DNA of 64,000 nt, taken from NCBI GenBank assembly GCA_903926385.1, contig CAIYIS010000045.1, positions 173,569-237,568 of the forward strand. Reading direction: 5' to 3'. The notes below the pieces were generated by a model. That model was not told the DNA's origin, did not search any database, and saw nothing but the letters and a program-made list of their open reading frames with translations. The number at the start of each line of letters is the position of its first letter. Position 1 is the stretch's first letter. The position numbers and the translations under genes were made by a program. The DNA comes from an uncultured Bacteroidota bacterium (GTDB lineage: Bacteria; Bacteroidota; Bacteroidia; 2-12-FULL-35-15). Of the stretch, positions 46,919-56,830 are shown piece by piece.

Positions 46919-49651
46919 ATGAAAAAGTTTGTACTTGTAGTTATTCTCTTCATCGTTGCATACAGCAAGGGTTTTGCAACGCATAATCGTGCAGGCGAAA
47001 TAACTTATCAATGGGTAGGCAGTTATCCCGACCATCCGTATTTGTACAAAATTATTGTCACTACTTATACTAATACTTGCAATACACAAGCCGACCGGTG
47101 CGAGCTTGCCGTTCGATTCGGAGATGGTACCGATAGTGTTATTGCTCCCCGAGTAAATGGACCAAGTATTCAATGTCCGTCCACACACGATGGTTTTCAA
47201 ATTACACCTTGTACCAAAAAGAACGTGTATGAAGTTACTCACGAATATTCAGGCCCGAGTCCTAATCCATTAGGATATCAAATAACAATGGATGATATGA
47301 ATCGAAATGCCGGAACGTGTAATATTCCTAATTCGGTAAACACTTCCTTTTCGTTGAGTACTTATTTAATTATTAACCCATTTTTAGGCCCCAATAATTC
47401 TCCTGTATTGTTAAATATGCCTTTGGACGATGCCTGTGTTGGTGTTTGTTTTTATCACAACCCCGGTGCTTACGACCCTGATGGTGATAGCTTGTCATAC
47501 AGCTTAACCACTTGTTTGGCCGGAGGTGTGGCTATTCCCGGATGGTCTATGCCTCCTAATATGTCGTATAGCAGTATTGATGCTCTGAGGGGTGATTTGG
47601 TATGGTGTTCACCAAATCAAATTTGTAATTATAATATTGCAATATTGATTAAGGAGTACAGACGTTTGCAGGGTAGTCCCGTTCGTTATTACATAGGAGC
47701 GGTTTTGCGCGACATGCAAATTACAGTTGCCTCTTGTATGAACAATCCTCCTCAAATAAATCCAATAAATGATACCTGTATTGTAGCCGGAACCAATTTG
47801 CATTTTACCGTAACAGCTCATGATGTCGAAAATGATGTTGTTTCGTTAGCTGCTTCGGGAGGACCGTTTCAGATAACTCCCTCGGCCACCTTTACCTCAA
47901 CACCAACATTAACCCCTGTTAACGGTTCGTTTAACTGGACACCAAATTGCAGCGAGGTGCAATTGCTTCCGTACTTGGTTACTTTTAAAGCAACGGACAG
48001 CAATGTGCCCAATCCTTTGGTTGATTACAAATCTGTTTTTATCAGAGTGATTGCCCCGGCTCCTACTATACTTTCGGCCACACCAAGTGGTGCAAGTATT
48101 ATTGTTAATTGGTCGCCTTCTATTTGTAACTCCACTATTGGTAATAATCCACTCACAGGATATCATGTCTATCGTAAAAATTCATGCGACCCATTTGTAC
48201 ACGATTTATGCCAGACCGGATTACCTAGTTCTACAGGTTATACTTTAATAGGTAATACGGGTCCTACCACCACTACTTTTACAGACAATAATAGCGGAAA
48301 CGGTTTGGTAAATGGAATCAATTATTCTTATATAGTGGTAGCATATTATTCCGATGGTTCGCAGAGTTATGCCTCCGGAAACGTTTGTGCCATGCTGGTT
48401 AGAGATGTTCCGGTTATTACAAATGTATCTGTAATAAGTACAGGAAATAGTCATACCATTTGGACTCATTGGATAAAACCTTTGTCATCCCTACCCAATT
48501 TAGATACTATAGTTAATCCTCCTCCTTATCAATATAAAGTAATGCGGGCTGCTCGTACAAGTGGAAGTTTGTTGTATCACCAGATTTCGCTTAACTCAGA
48601 TTATATTTACAATTCGTATTATCAACTACCCGATACAGGTTTTGTTAGCACCGGATTGCATACTGCGGATACTTCTTATGTTTACAGAATCGATTTTTAT
48701 GCCAACAGCATTCTGAAAGGTTCTACCAATTCAGCTTCATCTGTGTTCCTCAATACAACACCTTCGGGCGGACAATTAACATTAACCTGGCAGGTTAATG
48801 TGCCTTGGGCTAATTACCGATACGACATTTTTAAGGAAACTAATATTCCAGGAGTTTTTGCTTTTCTGGATAGTACGCATTCCAACTCTTATACAGATAC
48901 AGGTTTGGTGAACGGCCAGTTGTATTGTTATAAAATAAAAACCTACGGAGAATACACCGATACACTTATTCACGGCCCATTGGTAAATACTTCGCAAATA
49001 CAATGTGGCAGGCCGGTTGATTTAATTCCTCCATGTCAGCCAAACTTTATGGTAGAAAATGATTGCGGCATTTTTGAAAATGTTGTTTCATGGACTAATC
49101 CGAATACATACTGCAGCCATGACGCTGTACAGATTAATATTTATTTTGCATATACAAGCAACGACCCATTACAGCTTATATACTCCACCACCGACATGAG
49201 CATTACTAGTTTTTCTCATATTTATACTTTCCAGGGCGAACCAACTGTAGCGGGCTGCTACGCTGTAACAGCAGTCGATTCTGCTATTATTCCAAACGAA
49301 AGCCCTATTGTAAATAAAATATGTGTTGATAATTGTCCTGAATACGAGTTGCCAAATGTGTTTACTCCAAATGGTGATAATATTAACGATATGGTTACTC
49401 CGTTGCCCGGATACCGATATGTTAAAGATGTTGATATGAAAATTTATGACCGCTGGGGAGTACTGATGTTTCAAACCGAAAATAAGGATATTTTATGGGA
49501 TGGAAAAAATAAGGATACTAAAGGGATTTGCCCAGACGGGGTGTATTATTACATCTGTATAGTAAATGAAATTCGTGTGGACGGAATTCGTCCGAGAATA
49601 TTAAAAGGATTTATTCAGCTATTTAAAGAAGGAGCTTCACCGGCTCATTAA
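46919..49651 (+). CDS. Secreted protein with FN3-like domains and T9SS type-B CTD
   Basis: N-terminal ATHNRAGEITY, AYDPDGDSLSY, and a CTD (LPNVFTPNGDNIND...IYDRWG...WDG...GVYYY). Confidence 0.9.
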   Translation: MKKFVLVVILFIVAYSKGFATHNRAGEITYQWVGSYPDHPYLYKIIVTTYTNTCNTQADRCELAVRFGDGTDSVIAPRVNGPSIQCPSTHDGFQITPCTKKNVYEVTHEYSGPSPNPLGYQITMDDMNRNAGTCNIPNSVNTSFSLSTYLIINPFLGPNNSPVLLNMPLDDACVGVCFYHNPGAYDPDGDSLSYSLTTCLAGGVAIPGWSMPPNMSYSSIDALRGDLVWCSPNQICNYNIAILIKEYRRLQGSPVRYYIGAVLRDMQITVASCMNNPPQINPINDTCIVAGTNLHFTVTAHDVENDVVSLAASGGPFQITPSATFTSTPTLTPVNGSFNWTPNCSEVQLLPYLVTFKATDSNVPNPLVDYKSVFIRVIAPAPTILSATPSGASIIVNWSPSICNSTIGNNPLTGYHVYRKNSCDPFVHDLCQTGLPSSTGYTLIGNTGPTTTTFTDNNSGNGLVNGINYSYIVVAYYSDGSQSYASGNVCAMLVRDVPVITNVSVISTGNSHTIWTHWIKPLSSLPNLDTIVNPPPYQYKVMRAARTSGSLLYHQISLNSDYIYNSYYQLPDTGFVSTGLHTADTSYVYRIDFYANSILKGSTNSASSVFLNTTPSGGQLTLTWQVNVPWANYRYDIFKETNIPGVFAFLDSTHSNSYTDTGLVNGQLYCYKIKTYGEYTDTLIHGPLVNTSQIQCGRPVDLIPPCQPNFMVENDCGIFENVVSWTNPNTYCSHDAVQINIYFAYTSNDPLQLIYSTTDMSITSFSHIYTFQGEPTVAGCYAVTAVDSAIIPNESPIVNKICVDNCPEYELPNVFTPNGDNINDMVTPLPGYRYVKDVDMKIYDRWGVLMFQTENKDILWDGKNKDTKGICPDGVYYYICIVNEIRVDGIRPRILKGFIQLFKEGASPAH

Positions 49652-49655
49652 ACTT

Positions 49656-50255
49656 ATGTTTTCAGGAATAATTGAAGCACTTGGAGAAATTACCAACCTG
49701 CGAAAAGAATTAAACAACTTACACATTACTGTAAAAAGCAGTTTCACACATGCGCTAAAAGTAGATCAGAGTGTGGCACACAACGGAGTTTGCCTGACGG
49801 TAGTAAATGTTTCGGGAGATGAATACACCGTTACAGCCATTGACGAAACCCTGCAAAAATCCAATCTCGGCAAACTTTCAATTGGAGATAAAATTAACCT
49901 CGAACGTTGTATGAAGCTGGGTGACCGGCTTGACGGACATATTGTACAAGGGCACGTTGACCAAACCGGCACATGTACCAATGTGCAGGAAACTAACGGA
50001 AGCTGGATGTTCACATTTGAATACGACCTTGGTTTTAATAATCTCACGGTCGAAAAAGGAAGTATATCCATCAATGGTGTAAGCCTTACTGTGGTTAATT
50101 CCAAACAAAATACTTTTTCTGTTTGTATCATTCCTTATACCTACGAACACACCAATTTTCATGCATTTCAGATTGGAACCATCGTAAATCTTGAATTCGA
50201 CATTGTTGGGAAATACATCAGTAAAATGATGGCAGGTCATAAAAAGAATAGTTAG
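49656..50255 (+). CDS. ribE: Riboflavin synthase (alpha chain)
   Basis: MFSGII, SVAHNGVCLT, INLER, DGHIVQGHVD and KGSISINGVSLT. Confidence 0.96.
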   Translation: MFSGIIEALGEITNLRKELNNLHITVKSSFTHALKVDQSVAHNGVCLTVVNVSGDEYTVTAIDETLQKSNLGKLSIGDKINLERCMKLGDRLDGHIVQGHVDQTGTCTNVQETNGSWMFTFEYDLGFNNLTVEKGSISINGVSLTVVNSKQNTFSVCIIPYTYEHTNFHAFQIGTIVNLEFDIVGKYISKMMAGHKKNS

Positions 50256-50352
50256 TACATCGCTGCTATTGGAATGGATGAAATGATGCCATATTCTAAA
50301 AAACAAAAATGAAGAGGAGAAGACTCTTCTACAAACAGCATTGCTTGATTAT

Positions 50353-50712
50353 TTAGTGCAGCACTTTTATTTTTTTGAGTTCATCCTGTGTAACAGAGGG
50401 AGGAAATTCACCTCTCTGAATTTTGGTGATAATATATTTTGCACAATTCTGTGCATCTATCTTGGTTTTGAAACCATCATTGCCAGGCATGCTTGGAATA
50501 GAAGTTTGATGAATTAATGGGTCTTTTCCTCCGTCAACATATATTTCATAACCATGTGTACCATTTGGAGCGTCAATAATCTTCCACTCAAATTTCGAAT
50601 TGCCGTATTTTGGAGTTTCCGGATGCCTTGCAGAGGTGTCTTTAACATGCATTTGGGCATTTGCGATAACTGAAAGCAGGAGGAATGCAGATAAATAGAT
50701 ATATTTTTTCAT
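50353..50712 (-). CDS. Small exported protein, DUF4907-like
   Basis: Signal peptide MKKYIY..., GYEIY...IHQTSIP.MPGNDGF and PPSVT..EL. Confidence 0.75.
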   Translation of the reverse strand: MKKYIYLSAFLLLSVIANAQMHVKDTSARHPETPKYGNSKFEWKIIDAPNGTHGYEIYVDGGKDPLIHQTSIPSMPGNDGFKTKIDAQNCAKYIITKIQRGEFPPSVTQDELKKIKVLH

Positions 50713-50842
50713 ATTGTTTAGAAGCTGTTTTGTGATGACATTAAAATTGTGTTTGCAAAAATAGTTCAAATTATCATTCTTTAAAAATATTTTAGATTAA
50801 CCACATTCCTTTCTTTTTATCAATTATCTTCGCCCAATTAAA

Positions 50843-51313
50843 ATGAAGTCGAAAAAAAAGAATATTATTTTATTTTTACTAATCGTGGCCATGTTGGTGG
50901 TGGGCTTTTATCGTGATTTTTTATTTAAAAATATTAACGCTTTAATGCAGGCTTGGGATGCTGATATGGATTATCAAATGCCTTCGAGCTTGAATTTTCT
51001 CAAAAATTATGAATACAACACACTCTCTTGGTTTAAATGGGTTTTAACTGTTGCCTTTTCTGTTATTTATTTATTAATTTCTATCGTGGTTGTTCGATTG
51101 TTTTTTAATGAAAAGATATACTCTCGAATAACCATTATTACCTTTTGTGGAGTTTTGTTACTTTCTTTGTTTTTTATGTTAATGGGATATGTTTTTAAAG
51201 GGGGAGCAACTGGTATGTACTCAATTGCTAGATACCTTATGGGAATGGCTCAATCGCCTGTTTTGTTAATGATATTAGTTCCGGCTTTTAAGCTTAGTAA
51301 GAAAGACCAATAA
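50843..51313 (+). CDS. Hypothetical 4-TM membrane protein
   Basis: Four hydrophobic helices. It loosely resembles exosortase-associated membrane proteins, but no exosortase is in the window. Confidence 0.7.
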   Translation: MKSKKKNIILFLLIVAMLVVGFYRDFLFKNINALMQAWDADMDYQMPSSLNFLKNYEYNTLSWFKWVLTVAFSVIYLLISIVVVRLFFNEKIYSRITIITFCGVLLLSLFFMLMGYVFKGGATGMYSIARYLMGMAQSPVLLMILVPAFKLSKKDQ

Positions 51314-51406
51314 ATTTATTTTTGAACATCCCTCATCAGTTGGCAAAGTTCTGATTTCTTTTTATAATTTTGCAAACATTAAACAAATCAATATAGATAT
51401 CCTAAT

Positions 51407-52678
51407 ATGAAAAAAGACAGCGCAATTTTTGATTTAATAGACGAAGAAAAGAAAAGACAAACAATAGGGTTAGAACTTATCGCTTCCGAAAATTATGTAA
51501 GTGATCAAGTGATGAGGGCTATGGGTTCAGTGCTTGTCAATAAATATGCAGAAGGTCTTCCAGGTAAGAGATATTATGGCGGTTGCGAAGTGGTGGATAA
51601 GGTAGAGCAACTTGCAATTGACAGAGCCAAAAAACTGTTTAATGCAGAATGGGTAAACGTTCAGCCCCATTCAGGTGCCCAAGCTAACGCAGCTGTTATG
51701 CTGGGAGTACTTAAACCTGGAGATAAAATTCTTGGGTTTGATTTGTCGCATGGAGGACATTTAACTCATGGTTCTCCAGTAAATTTTTCCGGTAAATTAT
51801 ATGTGCCCAGTTTTTATGGTGTAGAGGAAAAAACCGGCAAAGTGAATTTTAATAAAGTTGAAGAAATTGCCATTAAGGAAAAGCCGAAATTAATAATTTG
51901 TGGTGCATCGGCTTATTCGCGCGACTGGGATTATAAAAAATTAAGAAAAATCGCGGATAAAGTGGGTGCTCTATTGTTGGCTGATATATCTCATCCGTCA
52001 GGTCTTATTGCAAGGGGATTACTAAACGATCCTTTGCCATATTGCCACATTGTTACTACTACCACTCACAAAACATTAAGAGGTCCAAGAGGAGGAATGA
52101 TTATGCTTGGGAAAGATTTCCCTAATCCTTGGGGAGAAAAAACTCCTAAGGGGGAAACAAAAATGATGTCTCAGATACTTGATGCTGCTGTTTTTCCAGG
52201 TACACAAGGCGGCCCTCTCGAACATATCATTGGAGCGAAAGCTGTTGCATTTGCCGAAGCCTTAGACGAAAGCTACATGAAATATTGCATACAGGTAATG
52301 AAAAATGCAAAGTTAATGGCCAAGTGTTTTATGGATTTAGGGTACAAGGTTATTTCAGGAGGAACCGATAATCATTGTATGTTAATTGATTTGCGTTCTA
52401 AAAATTTAACAGGAAAATTAGCAGAAAATTTATTGGTACAGGCAGATATCACAGTGAACAAAAACATGGTTCCATTCGATGATAAATCACCCTTTGTAAC
52501 TTCAGGAATACGTGTGGGGACTTCGGCTATTACCACTAGAGGCATTAAAGAAAAACACATCCCTAAGATTGTTAGCCTAATTGATAAAGCTCTGATGAAC
52601 GCAGAAAATGAAAAGGTAATAAAAGAAGTGAGAAAGGAAGTTAACAAATTGATGAAGGATTTTCCTTTGTTCGCGTAA
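51407..52678 (+). CDS. glyA: Serine hydroxymethyltransferase
   Basis: [23 protein letters not shown] and the PLP lysine in [14 protein letters not shown]. Confidence 0.99.
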   Translation: MKKDSAIFDLIDEEKKRQTIGLELIASENYVSDQVMRAMGSVLVNKYAEGLPGKRYYGGCEVVDKVEQLAIDRAKKLFNAEWVNVQPHSGAQANAAVMLGVLKPGDKILGFDLSHGGHLTHGSPVNFSGKLYVPSFYGVEEKTGKVNFNKVEEIAIKEKPKLIICGASAYSRDWDYKKLRKIADKVGALLLADISHPSGLIARGLLNDPLPYCHIVTTTTHKTLRGPRGGMIMLGKDFPNPWGEKTPKGETKMMSQILDAAVFPGTQGGPLEHIIGAKAVAFAEALDESYMKYCIQVMKNAKLMAKCFMDLGYKVISGGTDNHCMLIDLRSKNLTGKLAENLLVQADITVNKNMVPFDDKSPFVTSGIRVGTSAITTRGIKEKHIPKIVSLIDKALMNAENEKVIKEVRKEVNKLMKDFPLFA

Positions 52679-52726
52679 CTTTCATAATAAGTAGAATTAA
52701 TATTAATAAAAAATAAGCACAAAAAA

Positions 52727-54034
52727 ATGCCAGAAGTAGAATTGATAATGCCAAAAATGGGTGAGAGTGTTGCGGAAGCCACCATCATTAAATGGCTAAA
52801 AAAGGAGGGTGATAAAATAGCGGCTGATGAAATAGTGCTGGAAATAGCAACAGACAAGGTGGATTCGGAGATACCTTCAACATCAGAAGGTGTATTGGTT
52901 AAACGATTGTTTAACGAAGGAGAAGTGGTGCAGGTAGGAAAAGCGATTGCCATCATTTCCACTGATGCAACTGCTCAGGTTGTTGCAACGGAAGTAAAAG
53001 CAGCAATAAAAGAAGTGTCAATTAGTGTCCAAAAGGAAAATATAGAATCCTCAGTATCTGAAGCATCTCAATTAGAGAATCATTCTTCTTCTGGCAAATT
53101 TTACTCCCCTTTGGTGCGCAACATTGCAAAGGCAGAAGGTGTTGCAATAAAGGAATTGGATAGTATTACGGGAACAGGAGCAAATGGCAGGGTTACAAAA
53201 AATGATATTTTGGCGTACATTCTAAATAGAACTAAGGCTCAACCAGCAAAAGTTGAGTTATCGACTCCTACAGTTAGCTCAAGCGCTCCAATACCTCATC
53301 ATAAGCCTGCTGTAAGTTCATCTGTAGGAGATGAAATAATTGAAATGGACAGAATGCGGAAGATTATTGCTGATCATATGATCATGAGTAAACAAACTTC
53401 TGCACATGTAACTTCTTTTGTTGAAGCAGATGTTACCAATATTGTGAAATGGAGAGAAAAAGTGAAGTCCAATTTCGAAAAACGTGAAGGCGAAAAATTG
53501 ACTTTTACACCCATATTTATTGAGGCACTTGCTCGAGCTATTAAAGACTTTCCGATGATAAATATTTCTGTCGATGGTTCGAGAATTATCAAACGGAAAA
53601 ACATTAATATTGGTATGGCCACTGCGCTTTCTTCAGGTAATTTGATTGTTCCCGTTATTCGTAATGCTGATACTCTTAATTTAGTAGGATTAACTAAACA
53701 GGTAAACGATTTATCAAGCCGTGCAAGAAGTGGAAAGCTAACACCTGATGATATTCAGGGGGGGACTTATACAATTTCTAATGTGGGTTCATTTGGTAAT
53801 GTTATGGGAACTCCTATTATCAGTCAACCCCAAGTTGCCATTTTGGCTGTAGGTGTTATCAAGAAAAAACCAGCTGTAATTGAAACTCCGGATGGAGATT
53901 TAATAGGAGTTCGTCACTTTATGTTTCTTTCACATTCCTACGATCATAGGGTTGTCGATGGTTCGCTTGGTGGGCAATTTGTGAGAAGAGTAGCAGACTA
54001 CTTGGAACAATGGGACGTTAATCGGGAATATTAA
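52727..54034 (+). CDS. 2-oxoacid dehydrogenase E2 (dihydrolipoamide acyltransferase)
   Basis: Lipoyl domain EIATDKV, E3-binding SPLVRNIA...GTGANGRVTKND, and catalytic DHRVVDG. Confidence 0.95.
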   Translation: MPEVELIMPKMGESVAEATIIKWLKKEGDKIAADEIVLEIATDKVDSEIPSTSEGVLVKRLFNEGEVVQVGKAIAIISTDATAQVVATEVKAAIKEVSISVQKENIESSVSEASQLENHSSSGKFYSPLVRNIAKAEGVAIKELDSITGTGANGRVTKNDILAYILNRTKAQPAKVELSTPTVSSSAPIPHHKPAVSSSVGDEIIEMDRMRKIIADHMIMSKQTSAHVTSFVEADVTNIVKWREKVKSNFEKREGEKLTFTPIFIEALARAIKDFPMINISVDGSRIIKRKNINIGMATALSSGNLIVPVIRNADTLNLVGLTKQVNDLSSRARSGKLTPDDIQGGTYTISNVGSFGNVMGTPIISQPQVAILAVGVIKKKPAVIETPDGDLIGVRHFMFLSHSYDHRVVDGSLGGQFVRRVADYLEQWDVNREY

Positions 54035-54478
54035 TTTCATTGGATTTCATTTTTTGAAATGAATAAGTAGATTTTATAATGTAAAAAGATTAAATCAATG
54101 TTTCGCAATCGGATGATTTACTATTTCACTTCTGCAGGATTTAGAATGAATAATTCCGATTCATTTTTATTATTCGACAATAAAACCATTCACTCCTATT
54201 TACAACAACTATTCAGTAAGAGTGAATTCCTTTTCAGTAAAACGTATTCGGAGACATACCCACACATCTCATTTTCTATAATTACAAAATCTGTCAATTG
54301 GGATTTTATTCTGCTTGATGGATGAATAATTTCATAATCCAAAATGAATCCAATTTTAAAACAACAACTTTAATATAATTCACTATTGATAAATCAATAA
54401 ATAAATAGAAACAAAATTAATGACAAAAGTGATAGTATAAAATTAAAACAAATAAAAACCCCTATTTACTGAATAAAC

Positions 54479-56698
54479 ATGAAAAAGATTATGTTCACTC
54501 CTTCTTTATTGGTTTGTGTAATGATTATTAATTCTTATGGTCAAAATCCAATAGATAAAAATTACAAAACTGTTTTCAACAAAGCGGAAGAATATTTTGT
54601 AAACGAAAACTACCCTGCTGCCCTTATTCTATATCTCCGGCTTGATTCAATTGTAAAGGCAAATGCAAATATCAATTTTAAAATTGGTATGTGCTACCTG
54701 AACTCAGCAACATACAAAACCAAATCTATACCTTATTTAGAGGCTTCTGTTAAGGATGTTTCTGAAAAATTTAAAGAACTTTCCATTAAAGAAACTCATG
54801 CTCCTCAATCAGCATTCTATTATCTGGGTAAAGCTTACCATCTGAATTATGAATTTGATAAGGCAATTGAGATGTATGAAAAGTATAAAGCCATATTGAG
54901 CGTTAATAAGAAAAATGCTGACGAAGTTGAAGATATGAATCATGAAATTGAGACTTGCAATTATGGGAAAGAACTTGTCAAAACTAAAAAGAATGTTATT
55001 GTGAAAAATCTTGGAGATGGAGTAAATACTGAATATCCTGAGTATTCTCCAGTGGTTTCACTTGACGAGGAAACTTTGATTTTCACTTCGAGAAGAAAAG
55101 GAGGTACGAGTGATGATAAATTGCCGAATGGGCAATACTACGAAGATATTTATATATCCAAATATGAAAACGACAAGTGGGGCAAGGCCGTTTCAATAGG
55201 AAGCAACATTAACACGTATGGACATGAAGCAAGTGTTAATCTAACCGCAGATGGTACCAAACTTTTAATTTATAAGGATGATAATGGCAATGGGAATTTG
55301 TATGAAAGTGATTTAAAGGGAGATGAATGGGGGGCACCTAAATATGAGATATCGCCAGTAAATTCGGACGCTTGGGAAACTCATGCTTGTTATAGCTCAG
55401 ACAATAGAATTTTGTATTTTGTGAGTGATCGACCCGGTGGTTTTGGAGGGAGAGATATTTATAAATGCCTGAAATTGCCGAACGGAAAGTGGGGACCTGC
55501 TCAAAATCTTGGTGACACGATTAATACGAAATATGATGAAGATGGAGTATTTATACATCCCGATGGGAAACAAATTTTCTTTTCATCAAAAGGTCATAAT
55601 TCTATGGGTGGATTTGACATTTTCACTTCCTATATTGATAATGAAAATGGTTTTTGGTCGACTCCGGTAAATTATGGTTACCCTGTTAACACAACAGATG
55701 ATGACGTTTTTTTGATAACCTCACCTGATGGAAGAAGAGCTTTCTTCTCCTCTGATCAGGTAGGTGGTTATGGCGAAAAAGATATTTACATGATTCAGTT
55801 TCCAGATTACGAACCTAGAGATATAACAATCTTGGTAGGGAAAATAATTAACAATTCATCCGAAGATATTTCAAATAACAAGATTGTTATTTTAAATTCA
55901 AGTAAAGGCGACACCATTCAGGTATTAAATGCTAACAGTTCAACGGGGAAATTCGGAGCCAATCTTCCTGTTGGAGATAATTATAAAACGAACTATTATG
56001 TTAATGACAAACTTTTCTTCTCTGAAATGTTGGAATCTCCTAAAAATATGGGGTACAGGGCACTCAAACGAAACGTGCCTTACAATGGAAAAAATACTAT
56101 TGATAGCGTAAAGTCAATTGTACCTACTCCTCACTTAGATACTTTAAAATTAACCAATGTGCCGAAAAAAATGAATCATTCACTTGTTATCGATACATCT
56201 CAGGTTATTGATATTGCCCCGCCAATTATACCTCAAACGGCATCGATAACAGTAAATGAAATAACTAATGAATCGGTATCAGTTGGAAATACAGATAAAA
56301 AATGTGAAACGAAAAATACATCTTTTACTGTAAATTTTAGATATAATAAAAAAGAAATAGATATAAAATCAAAAGATTATATTTCCTTTATAAATGAAGC
56401 ATGTTTTTGTTTTAATGCCAAAACAATAGTTAATATAGAAATGGAATCAAGTGCTTCAACTGTTCCGACAAGAACATATAAAACGAATGAAAATTTGGCA
56501 AAAATGAGAGCTGAAGCCGCGCGTGAAAAAGTTTTAAGTTCACTGCTGAAAAGAGGGATCAAGCAGTCTCAAATTATTTTTGCTGAGCCGATAGCTAAAG
56601 TTCACGGTCCCGACTATAAAAAGGATGCTAAAAAAAACAGGTCTGTTTATGAAAAATATCAGTACATCAAGATTAATCTAAGTTTAAAAAATGATTAA
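54479..56698 (+). CDS. TPR + PD40 beta-propeller + divergent OmpA-like protein (PorE-like)
   Basis: TPR helices, repeated NLG..INT..DE..P...DG..LYFSS..GG.GG.DIY units, and C-terminal SASTVPT...NENLA..RA. Confidence 0.85.
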   Translation: MKKIMFTPSLLVCVMIINSYGQNPIDKNYKTVFNKAEEYFVNENYPAALILYLRLDSIVKANANINFKIGMCYLNSATYKTKSIPYLEASVKDVSEKFKELSIKETHAPQSAFYYLGKAYHLNYEFDKAIEMYEKYKAILSVNKKNADEVEDMNHEIETCNYGKELVKTKKNVIVKNLGDGVNTEYPEYSPVVSLDEETLIFTSRRKGGTSDDKLPNGQYYEDIYISKYENDKWGKAVSIGSNINTYGHEASVNLTADGTKLLIYKDDNGNGNLYESDLKGDEWGAPKYEISPVNSDAWETHACYSSDNRILYFVSDRPGGFGGRDIYKCLKLPNGKWGPAQNLGDTINTKYDEDGVFIHPDGKQIFFSSKGHNSMGGFDIFTSYIDNENGFWSTPVNYGYPVNTTDDDVFLITSPDGRRAFFSSDQVGGYGEKDIYMIQFPDYEPRDITILVGKIINNSSEDISNNKIVILNSSKGDTIQVLNANSSTGKFGANLPVGDNYKTNYYVNDKLFFSEMLESPKNMGYRALKRNVPYNGKNTIDSVKSIVPTPHLDTLKLTNVPKKMNHSLVIDTSQVIDIAPPIIPQTASITVNEITNESVSVGNTDKKCETKNTSFTVNFRYNKKEIDIKSKDYISFINEACFCFNAKTIVNIEMESSASTVPTRTYKTNENLAKMRAEAAREKVLSSLLKRGIKQSQIIFAEPIAKVHGPDYKKDAKKNRSVYEKYQYIKINLSLKND

Positions 56699-56830
56699 AT
56701 CAATTCCTTTAGCTGTTTGATGTGGAGGTCTTCGGTATCAACATTAAAACATTTGTAAAAAAAATCATAAACAGATAAAATAAAAAGTATATTTGTGGTC
56801 TAGTTAAAAAGTAAAACGCAACTTTAAAAT

